Below, piece after piece: positions 1 through 11,900 of a DNA stretch of 64,000 nucleotides. Location of the stretch: NCBI GenBank assembly GCA_002269645.1, contig NIVC01001600.1, forward strand, positions 186,001 through 250,000. Direction: 5' to 3'. Numbering within the stretch: the stretch's first letter is position 1; each line of letters opens with the position of its first letter. The notes beneath the pieces were generated by a model that was not told the origin of the DNA, did no database searches, and was given only the letters and a program-made list of their open reading frames with translations. This DNA is from Macrostomum lignano. Taxonomy: Eukaryota. The position numbers were made by a program, and so were the translations under genes.

Positions 1-58
1 GTCCAGGCCGATTAGACACCAAGCCTGAGCGCGGGAGATTGGGAAGAAAGTAAGGAGA

Positions 59-1910
59 ATGAAGGAATCTGGGGTTTGGGGATTTCTTGCCGATCTGGGA
101 TTTGGGGATTTCTTGTGGATCTGGGATTTGGGATTTCTTGTGGATCTGGGGTTTGGGGATTTCTGTGAAGGATCTGGGATTTGGGGATTTCTTGTGGATC
201 TGGGATTTCTTGTAGATTATCTTGTGGATCTGGGATTTGGGGATTTCTTGTGGATATGGGATTTCTTGTAGATTATCTTGTGGATCAGGGATTTGGGGAT
301 TTCTGTGAAGGATCTGGGATTTGGGGATTTCTTGTGGATCTGGGATTTCTTGTAGATTATCTTGTGGATCTGGGATTTGGGGATTTCTGTGAAGGATCTG
401 GGATTTGGGGATTTCTTGTGGATCTGGGATTTCTTGTAGATTATCTTGTGGATCTGGGATTTGGGGATTTCTTGTGGATCTGGGATTTGGGGATGTCTTG
501 TGGATCTGGGATTTGGAGATTTCTTGTGGATCTGGGATTTGGAGATTTCTTGTGGATCTGGGATTTGGAGATTTCTTGTGGATCTGGGATTTGGAGATTT
601 CTTGTGGATCTGGGATTTGGGATTTCTTGTGGATCTGGGATTTGGAGATTTCTTGTGGATCTGGGATTTGGGGATTTCTTGTGGATCTGGGATTTCTTGT
701 AGATTATCTTGTGGATCTGGGATTTGGGGATTTCTTGTGGATCTGGGATTTGGGGATGTCTTGTGGATCTGGGATTTGGAGATTTCTTGTGGATCTGGGA
801 TTTGGGGATTTCTTGTGGATATGGGATTTCTTGTAGATTATCTTGTGGATCTAGGATTTGGGGATTTCTTGTGGATATGGGATTTCTTGTAGATTATCTT
901 GTGGATCTAGGATTTGGGGATTTCTTGTGGATCTGGGATTTCTTGTAGATTATCTTGTGGATCTGGGATTTGGGGATTTCTTGTGGATCTGGGATTTGGG
1001 GATGTCTTGTGGATCTGGGATTTGGAGATTTCTTGTGGATCTGGGATTTGGAGATTTCTTGTGGATCTGGGATTTGGAGATTTCTTGTGGATCTGGGATT
1101 TGGAGATTTCTTGTGGATCTGGGATTTGGGGATTTCTTGTGGATCTGGGATTTGGAGATTTCTTGTGGATCTGGGATTTGGGGATTTCTTGTGGATCTGG
1201 GATTTGGGGATTTCTTGTGGATCTGGGATTTCTTGTAGATTATCTTGTGGATCTGGGATTTGGGGATTTCTTGTGGATCTGGGATTTGGGGATGTCTTGT
1301 GGATCTGGGATTTGGAGATTTCTTGTGGATCTGGGATTTGGAGATTTCTTGTGGATCTGGGATTTGGAGATTTCTTGTGGATCTGGGATTTGGAGATTTC
1401 TTGTGGATCTGGGATTTGGAGATTTCTTGTGGATCTGGGATTTGGGGATTTTTTGTGGATCTGGGATTTGGAGATTTCTTGTGGATCTGGGATTTGGAGA
1501 TTTCTTGTAGATCTGGGATTTGGGGATTTTTTGTGGATCTGGGATTTGGAGATTTCTTGTGGATCTGGGATTTGGAGATTTCTTGTGGATCTGGGATTTG
1601 GAGATTTCTTGTGGATCTGGGATTTGGGATTTCTTGTGGATCTGGGATTTGGAGATTTCTTGTGGATCTGGGATTTGGAGATTTCTTGTGGATCTGGGAT
1701 TTGGAGATTTCTTGTGGATCTGGGATTTGGAGATTTCCTGTGGATCTGGGATTTGGAGATTTCTTGTGGATCTGGGATTTGGAGACATCTGAAGGATCTA
1801 GATTTTAGGGACTTTTGGAGAATATGGGATTTGGGGATTTCTTGTGAATGTGGGATTTGGATTTTTCAGGGATCTGGGATTTGTAGGGATTTTTGAAGGA
1901 TCTGGGATTC
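59..1910. repeat. Minisatellite, ~26-bp unit GGATCTGGGATTTGG(A/G)GATTTCTTGT with shorter variants
   Basis: Direct tandem repetition; all ORF-track entries in 59-1896 are translations of this repeat. Confidence 0.97.
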
Positions 1911-2914
1911 GGCATGTTTAAATCCAAGGAATAATAAACTTTTACGATGCAAAGTTATTTTAGAAAGCACAAACTAAATACCACACTACTACTAAGCAGA
2001 AAGATAAGTAAGTAGTATATAGTTATGTGCGAGAGAATATAACAGCATTAATTTAGGGCATGCTTGGCAATCGAACGGCTTTTGTTTCGTCGAGCAAAAA
2101 TCGCTCTGATAAAAATTACAGCTTTTATAGCGGCGATTGAAGCACCTCGATGAGCACTGTAGTGACACCGCGCCGTTACAAGTCATATTGAGTAATTTTT
2201 TATTATTAGCAACTTGTCGCTAAAACACAGCGCAATGCAACTACAATGCATCACCAAGTGGTGCTGACATTATTATGATTCTTCCAGATTTAATGAATAA
2301 TTAGTATCACGAAGCTTAATTAAATGATTCACAGATCAAACAGTAAGCCGCAGGCAGATTTCAAAAAGCGCATATTAAACTGCAAGCCGCTAATTATTGC
2401 TTCGATATAAAAAACCGTTATAGAAGCCATTCAATTGCAAGCTGCCAAGTAAAAAAACTAATTTGCGATTCATGCAGATACACACACTTAACACCCTACT
2501 TAAAGTAGGCAAGTAGAGAATATCAATGCCATATTTTGTGACCAAAACGTACATTAAAAATAAAAGAAGTATTTTGCGTCTCAAACGCACTACTTAGAGT
2601 AGGCGACTAAAGAATATTGGTGCTGGTTTTCATTCTTTTCAACTAAAATAAGTAACTGAGATTTACTACTATAACAAAATACAACTGCATGTAAATAACA
2701 ACTAAATTTATATTACGAGTCTAGTACTTTTCACCTACTTAAAGTAGGTACAAACTGTGTGTAATTAACGCAAAAATAATTTTGGCTTATTTATCCTACT
2801 GTAAGTAGGCAAGTAGCATATATCAGTGTCGTTATTTAAACATTTTTCCTAACTACTCTACTAAAAGTAGTCAAGTAGCGAGTTTTGTTGATAAATGAAA
2901 TAAAATATGCATAC

Positions 2915-5900
2915 CTGCGTCATCCAGCGAAGCCGCTGCTGCGGCTGACCATCGTCAGGAACAGACGACGACGACAAGAGTTCGCGCAGACCGGCTGACG
3001 CTAAATCGGCTGCTTGTTCAGCGGCAGCTAACGCCGAAGCGGCGCTAGAAGTCCCGGTCAGGCCGAAAACAGCAGTTCGGTAGGCGCGCGCCGCCAGCGT
3101 CAGCGAGGCGGCCAGTCTGTCGGCCTTCAAACCGGCCGGCAGCGGCGCCGGCGTCATCGAGGCGGCTTCGGCGTTGTCCCCGTTGCGCCAGGCGGCGGCT
3201 AGGCGGGCGGTGGCGGCCCACCAGCAGGACTCCGGGTCGCGGCCGGCGAAAAGATCCTGCGATATGGGATGGATTGAATGGGAAAATTGGATTCAAACTC
3301 GGGACCTCAATGTATTATATTTTTCGAATCTAAAAATAGATTTTAAAGCAATTTGCTTAGGTTTTTTTAACAGGTCTTTATATGCAACTGTGAATCGCAG
3401 AATCTGGGAGGCTGGTGGCCCAGCAACTGAGGATCTGGGAGGCTGGTGGCCCAGCAACTGAGGATCTGGGAGGCTGGTGGCCCAGCAACTGAGGATCTGG
3501 AAGGCTGGCCCAGCAACTGAGGACCTGGGAGGCATTAAAGGCACCACAGAGCTATCAAAATTTGCAGTGGTAATTAATTAGCCCACCTGGCACAGTCTAG
3601 TGGTATCAGCGATGCAGCAGTTTGAAGTAGCCAACGAAGCTGACAAAACCAAATCCTCAACCGAAGCTTCTAGCAGGCTTTCCACAAACACAGACCGAGC
3701 CCGGTCCAACGGTTTGGCTGGACAACCGCTTGACGAATAGACGGTATCGTCAAGCCTGTGAGACATCGGCAGCGGACCTCCCGGACGGTACTCGGCCAGG
3801 AAGGCGGCGCCCTGCGGTGTGGCCATCCAGCTCAGACTGCCGCTACTACTATTAGTATTATTAGCAGCAGTAGCAGAGGCCAGCATAGCAGCTCCATCAT
3901 AGAACTGTTTAGCTATGCAAGCGGGCAGGCCTACCCGCCTGGCGGCCAGTCCCATTGACGCTAGCAGACGGATTCGTTCGCCAATCGGTAGGACAGTATC
4001 GGCACTGCTACCAGCTAGGTTTAGAAAGTTATTACAGTTGAGTAGTAGGACTCGGAGTTGCCACCGGCTCACCGTGCAATCGCTTCTGTGTCTGTCGGTA
4101 TCGCCAATGCCGATGGTCAGTTGGAGCAGGCGGCCGTATGTTAGAGAGGCCAGGGCTGCCAGATGGCGCTGCTGCTCTGACACTGGCAGGGCTAGCCGGA
4201 ACTGGATTAAGGCGAGGAGGGGATGAGGCAATAAGAGATTGCTAATCTGTTGGTAGAATGGTGTAGCTTAGATTGCTAATCTGTTGGTAGAATGGTGTAG
4301 CTTAGATTGCTAATCTGTTGGTAGAATGGTGTAGCTTAGATTGGTAATCTGTTGGTAAAATGGTGTATATTGGTAATACTAACAAAGCGGTAGGTAATGC
4401 TAACAAAGCGGTAGGTAATACCAACAAAGCGGTAGGTAATACTAACAAAGCGGTAGGTAATACCAACAAAGCGGTAGGTAATACCAACAAAGCGGTAGGT
4501 AATACCAACAAAGCGGTAGGTAATACCAACAAAGCGGTAGGTAATGCTAACAAAGCGGTAGGTAATGCTAACAAAGCGGTAGGTAATGCCAACAAAGCGG
4601 TAGGTAATGCTAACAAAGCGGTAGGTAATGCCAACAAAGCGGTAGGTAATGCTAACAAAGCGGTAGGTAATACCAACAAAGCGGTAGGTAATGCTGCACT
4701 AACCCAGACTCACCAGAGAGCAGATCTGCAGGCAGGCGGCCAGCACCAGATGCCAGCCCATCTGGGCCATCCAATCAAAACTGCCAGCCACGGGCAGAGG
4801 CCGATGAAGCAGCACGAGACAGGTGCGCAGCCTGGACCAAGCTCGATCCCAGCTGCCAGCTCGAATATCCGAGTCTGCAAGGCTGCAGCACCGTTCGAAT
4901 GCCAGCAGGCGTGCGGCGTGTCGCTTCGGATCCTCCGACCGACTCACAGTGCTTGGCAACGGGCTATAGCGGCAGCCCAAGCACAACAGAATCAAACAGT
5001 TCACCAGAGTGGTCAGCCACCACCACACAGAGCTGCTCCAGCCGTTGTCTTCTTCTTTTACTAAATCCACACTTTTCAATGCTCGACCAGACGCGGAGCC
5101 AGATAAGCCGACACCGGCGCCGACACCGCCGCTGAGCCAGACGGCGCCCAGCTGCAGCGGATTAAGCAGAAACAGAAAACAGCAAGCGGCAAGCATCATA
5201 GTGCAGCGAACTGCTGTAGATGGCTGTTGCATACTACTGCCGCTAGTAACTGTAGCAGTAGTCACTCCCGACTGCTGCAACAATTGTACCAGAGTGGAAC
5301 CAACTCCGATAGCATTGTTGCCATGGTTACCGCCGGAAGAAGATGGGCTAGGCAAACTGGTTGGCGAGTCTGTGCCATTGCCAGCGCTACTGTTGTGATT
5401 GCTGCTGCCGCTGCTGACCACGTCTTCGAATGCGCCGGGTGACAGGCCGCCGGCTGAGAGAGAGGAGTCTGCGGGTGTGGGTGATTGCATTGGAGACTTG
5501 GGTAATGTGATGGCATTGGAGACTTGGGTAATGTGATGGCATTGGAGACTTGGGTAATGTGATGGCATTGGAGACTTGGGTAATGTGATGGCATTGGAGA
5601 CTTGGGTAATGTGATGGCATTGGAGACTTGGGTAATGTGATCGCATTGGAGACTTGGGTAATGTGATGGCATTGGAGACTTGGGTAATAATGATTAAATA
5701 AAGCCAATAACATTTACCTCGCTCATGGATGTAGTAACCAGACCCGTTACTATGCTGTTGCTGGCCCAATTGTCGTCGCAAGCTTTCATTCTCGCGCTCC
5801 AACAGGTGAATACGATCGATAGTGCGCTTCAGCACCAGACTCTTGCTTAGCTGCAATGCGAGGGTTGGGAAATGCAGAGGTAGAAAAATGTTACAACTTG

Positions 5901-8900
5901 CTTGCATATCGCATATATAAGCCTCAGTTCGCATCGGCCTTGACTTTAACAACCAATCGGAACTTCCACCTCATGAACCTTTTTTCGGTTATTGCTTGGG
6001 CTTGGGTTTCTAATCCAGACAATCCAGACGTCCCTGACAAGCTTGAAGCACTCTGTCATTTCTGACAGGCGAAACACTTCTTCATGTGCGCCTGGCGCGG
6101 ATTCCGAAGAGGATCTGCTTTGATCAGCAAGCCGCTATCTTGCCCGACTCATGGAGTTCTAGGACGTAGTCTGGATTGGAGGGCCAACCCCCAAGTCACT
6201 GAGAGTGTGTACATGCCCATTACATGCGCAATATCTTGGCAAAAGGGGGCCCAGCCAAGGTAAGTCGCAGAAACAACCACCCAAAAAATACGGACGTAGT
6301 ACTATGAGTAATTAGATGACGAGGCATATAGACCTAATAATACAGTGATAGTTACTCCTGCCGTTTACCAAATATTAATAAGGCAGTTGGACACCAGCAA
6401 ATTTTAGCACTCCTTGTCTCAGAACCTTGCATCCAGTGCAGGAAAGAAGAAGGGTCATAAATCATTTTACTCCCGATTTCCTTTCCTCTCTGACAGGCGG
6501 ATGGGTACCTAATCCTGCCCTTTGCTTACCTGTAATGTTATACACTGCGATGGTTAATTTATTGCAGTAACATTTCCCTATCACACTCAGTGGCATAGCC
6601 TATGTATATAGATTAACTAATATAATCATTTCTTTTGTAATTAAACCCAACCCTGTTGCTTATGAAACACTGGTTAAACCAAAAAAAGTTTATTTAAATT
6701 GTTTACTAAAACACAATTGTAGTTTGTGGATTCGCCTGCTATTGCACTCTCGGAGTGGATAATGAATTAGGGAAGAGGGTAATGAATAAGGGGAGAGGGT
6801 AATGAATAAGGGGAGAGGGTAATGAATAAGGGGAGAGGGTAATGAATAAGGGGAGAGGGTAATGAATAAGGGGAGAGGGTAATGAATAAGGGGAGAGGGT
6901 AATGAATAAGGGGAGAGGGTAATGAATAAGGGGAGAGGGTAATGAATAAGGGGAGAGGGTAATGAATAAGGGGAGAGGGTAATGAATAAGGGGAGAGGGT
7001 AATGAATAAGGGGAGAGGGTAATGAATAAGGGGAGAGGGTAATGAATAAGGGGAGAGGGTAATGAATAAGGGGAGAGGGTAATGAATAAGGGGAGGGATA
7101 ATGAATAACGGGAGAGGGTAATGAATAAGGGGAGAGGGTAATGAATAACGGGAGAGGGTAATGAATAAGGGGAGAGGGTAATGAATAACGGGAGAGGGTA
7201 ATGAATAACGGGAGAGGGTAATGAATAACGGGAGAGGGTAATGAATAAGGGGAGAGGGTAATGAATAAGGGGAGAGGGTAATGAATAAGGAGAGAGGGTA
7301 ATGAATAAGGGGAGAGGGTAATGAATAAGGGGAGAGGGTAATGAAGAAGGGGAGAGGGTAATGAAGAAGGTAAGAGGGTAATCAGAGAAGGTAATTGATA
7401 AGTGGAAAGAGTAATTAGAGAAGGTAATGAAGAAGGGGAGCGGGTAATCAGAAGGGCAATCATTGAGAGTAATGAAGAGGTGTAAATACCAGCAAATAAG
7501 TAATTTTACAAAACGCACCTTGCCATCACGCCCAACCAGCATCCTGCGCAGCTCGTCAATCTTGTTATTAATACTCTGCCTGTACTTCTTCTCGATGACG
7601 GTGTGCGAAGATTTTCGACCGCCGCTGCCGCCGCCAGAGCGTCGGTTGGTCGAGCCGCTGACGCCGCCGCCGACATCCTGATCGACCAGCATCTCCTCGT
7701 CTTCCTCATCATCATCCTCGTTGTCCTCGAAGGTCGGGGCTGGAGGTTCAGCAACTCGAGTGTGCTGCTTTTGCTGCTGCTGTTGAACAATGTGCTGCTG
7801 AAGCGGCAGCGACGGTGGCGACGCCTTCGGTGGGGAGACTGACAGAGGCGGGGTCAGCCGCTCCAGCTGAGGGCGAGAATTTCAGTCGCATGAGAATTGC
7901 GAATGGCGACTTGAGACATCCCTGAAGACACAGCAGATTTCAGCTGAGACACCCCTGAAGACACAGCAGATTTCAGCTGAGACACCCCTGAAGACACAGC
8001 AGATCTGAGACACCCCCGAAGACACACCAGATCTCATCTGAGACACCCCCGAAGACACAGCAGATCTCATCTGAGACAATCTTGAAGACACAGTAGATCT
8101 CATCCGAGACACCCCTGAAGACACAGCAGATCTCAGCTGAGACACCACCGAAGACACAGCAGATCTCATCCGAGACACCACCGAAGACACAGCAGATCTC
8201 ATCCGAGACACCCCTGAAGACACAGCAGATCTTATCCGAGACACCCCTGAAGACACAGTAGATCTCATCCGAGACACCCCTGAAGACATAGCAGATCTCA
8301 TCTGAGACAATCTTGAAGACACAGTAGATCTCATCCGAGACACCCCTGAAGACACAGCAGATCTCAGCTGAGACACCACCGAAGACACAGTAGATCTCAT
8401 CCGAGACACCCCTGAAGACACAGTAGATCTCATCCGAGACACCCCTGAAGACATAGCAGATCTCATCTGAGACAATCTTGAAGACACAGTAGATCTCATC
8501 TGAGACTACTGAAGACAAAGCAGATCTCTCATCTGAGACACCCCTGAAGACAAAGCAGATCTCAGCTGAGACACCCCTGAAGACACAGCAGATCCCAGCT
8601 GAGACACCCCTGAAGACAAAGCAGATCTCTCATCTGAGACACCCCTGAAGACAAAGCAGATCTCAGCTGAGACACCCCTGAAGACAAAGCAGATCTCATC
8701 CGAGACACCCCTGAAGACACAGCAGATCTCATCCGAGACACCACCGAAGACACAGCAGATCTCATCCGAGACACCACCGAAGACACAGCAGATCTCATCC
8801 GAGACACCCCTGAAGACACAGTAGATCTCAGCTGAGACACCCCTGAAGACACAGCAGATCTCATCCGAGACACCCCTGAAGACATAGCAGATCTCATCCG

Positions 8901-11900
8901 AGACACCACCGAAGACACAGCAGATCTCATCCGAGACACCCCTGAAGACACAGTAGATCTCAGCTGAGACACCCCTGAAGACACAGCAGATCTCATCCGA
9001 GACACCCCTGAAGACATAGTAGATCTCATCTGAGACAATCTTGAAGACACAGTAGATCTCATCCGAGACACCCCTGAAGACACAGTAGATCTCATCCGAG
9101 ACACCCCTGAAGACACAGCAGATCTCATCTGAGACACCCCTGAAGACATAGCAGATCTCTCATCTGAGACACCCCTGAAGACAAAGCAGATCTCAGCTGA
9201 GACACCCCTGAAGACACAGCAGATCCCAGCTGAGACACCCCTGAAGACACAGCAGATCCCAGCTGAGACACCCCTGAAGACAAAGCAGATCTCAGCTGAG
9301 ACACCCCTGAAGACAAAGCAGATCTCAGCTGAGACACCCCTGAAGACAAAGCAGATCTCAGCTGAGACACCCCTGAAGACAAAGCAGATCTCATCTGAGA
9401 CACCCCTGAAGACACAGCAGATCTCATCTGAGACACCCCTGAAGACACAGCAGATCTCAACTGAGACACCCCTGAAGACACAGCAGATCTGAGACACCCC
9501 CGAAGACACACCAGATCTCATCTGAGACACCCCCGAAGACACAGCAGATCTCATCTGAGACAATCTTGAAGACACAGTAGATCTCATCCGAGACACCCCT
9601 GAAGACACAGCAGATCTCAGCTGAGACACCACCGAAGACACAGCAGATCTCATCCGAGACACCACCGAAGACACAGCAGATCTCATCCGAGACACCCCTG
9701 AAGACACAGCAGATCTTATCCGAGACACCCCTGAAGACACAGTAGATCTCATCCGAGACACCCCTGAAGACATAGCAGATCTCATCTGAGACAATCTTGA
9801 AGACACAGTAGATCTCATCCGAGACACCCCTGAAGACACAGCAGATCTCAGCTGAGACACCACCGAAGACACAGTAGATCTCATCCGAGACACCCCTGAA
9901 GACACAGTAGATCTCATCCGAGACACCCCTGAAGACATAGCAGATCTCATCTGAGACAATCTTGAAGACACAGTAGATCTCATCTGAGACTACTGAAGAC
10001 AAAGCAGATCTCTCATCTGAGACACCCCTGAAGACAAAGCAGATCTCAGCTGAGACACCCCTGAAGACACAGCAGATCCCAGCTGAGACACCCCTGAAGA
10101 CAAAGCAGATCTCTCATCTGAGACACCCCTGAAGACAAAGCAGATCTCAGCTGAGACACCCCTGAAGACAAAGCAGATCTCATCCGAGACACCCCTGAAG
10201 ACACAGCAGATCTCATCCGAGACACCACCGAAGACACAGCAGATCTCATCCGCGACACCACCGAAGACACAGCAGATCTCATCCGAGACACCCCTGAAGA
10301 CACAGTAGATCTCAGCTGAGACACCCCTGAAGACACAGCAGATCTCATCCGAGACACCCCTGAAGACATAGCAGATCTCATCCGAGACACCACCGAAGAC
10401 ACAGCAGATCTCATCCGAGACACCCCTGAAGACACAGTAGATCTCAGCTGAGACACCCCTGAAGACACAGCAGATCTCATCCGAGACACCCCTGAAGACA
10501 TAGTAGATCTCATCTGAGACAATCTTGAAGACACAGTAGATCTCATCCGAGACACCCCTGAAGACACAGTAGATCTCATCCGAGACACCCCTGAAGACAC
10601 AGCAGATCTCATCTGAGACACCCCTGAAGACATAGCAGATCTCTCATCTGAGACACCCCTGAAGACAAAGCAGATCTCAGCTGAGACACCCCTGAAGACA
10701 CAGCAGATCCCAGCTGAGACACCCCTGAAGACACAGCAGATCCCAGCTGAGACACCCCTGAAGACAAAGCAGATCTCAGCTGAGACACCCCTGAAGACAA
10801 AGCAGATCTCAGCTGAGACACCCCTGAAGACAAAGCAGATCTCAGCTGAGACACCCCTGAAGACAAAGCAGATCTCATCTGAGACACCCCTGAAGACACA
10901 GCAGATCTCATCTGAGACACCCCTGAAGACACAGCAGATCTCAACTGAGACACCCCTGAAGACACAGCAGATCTCAACTGAGACACCCCTGAAGACACAG
11001 CAGATCTCAACTGAGACACCCCTGAAGACACAGCAGATCTCATCTGAGACACCTGAAGACACAGCAGATCTCAACTGAGACACCCCTGAAGACACACCAG
11101 ATCTCATCTGAGACACCACCGAAGACACAACAGATCTCATCTGAGACACCACCGAAGACACACCAGATCTCATCTGAGACACCCCTGAAGACACAGCAGA
11201 TCTCAGCTGAGACACCCCCAAGACACAGCAGATCTCAGCTGAGACAACCCTGAAGACACACCAGATCTCAGCTGAGACACCCCCGAAGACACAGCAAATC
11301 TGAACTGCTGCGATGCCAGTCTTATATACTAAAAATTCTCAACTATAACTTTACAATAAAAGAAAAACTCACTTTAAAATTAGCTGCAGTCACAGTCGGC
11401 TGCTGCTGCTGCTGCTGATGCACAGTTGACACATGACCGGGATTTTGAATTGGCGCCAAAGAAACCGCAGGATGATTAGCGGCAGTAGTAGTAACAGTAG
11501 TATTATTAGCATTTGGCAATACAAGTTGCAAACTACCACTAGCCAATTGTTCCAACTGAGCGGTGGAAAGTTCTCTAAAAGCAGCGGCTAGCTGCTCTGC
11601 TTGTGGTCCGGGCCTGTGCTGCTTCAACTGTTGCTGCTCCTGGCAGACTTGGCGTACTAATTTAGCAATGAGATCTTCGCGCTTGGCTGTGTCCTCGCGC
11701 TGTTGCAACAGCAAGGCGATGAGTTTATCAGTGGCCGTGACAGACTGGTTAGCAGCGGACTGAGAGGCAACTGCTGTGGAAGTGGTTGAACTGACAGCAC
11801 ACGGCGTGGTTGTCACGGCAGGCGGAGCGGGTGTCACCACGGGTCCGGAGGTTGGATTGCGCAACAAAGACTCGAGAACGTTGAACTTTTGTTGATGGAC

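Noticed and set aside
59-11221. Long ORF-track entries (e.g. 955-1896, 4360-5064, 6690-7463, 8562-9983, 10046-11221)
   Set aside because: Translations of tandem repeats or antisense to SREBP exons; periodic peptides with no domain content.
7915-11300. CRISPR-like appearance of ~31-bp repeats
   Set aside because: No unique spacers, no cas genes, and a eukaryotic intron context; it is a satellite.
11319-11345. TCTTATATACTAAAAA resembling a Helitron 5' end
   Set aside because: Not preceded by A, and no matching hairpin/CTAG 3' end identified.
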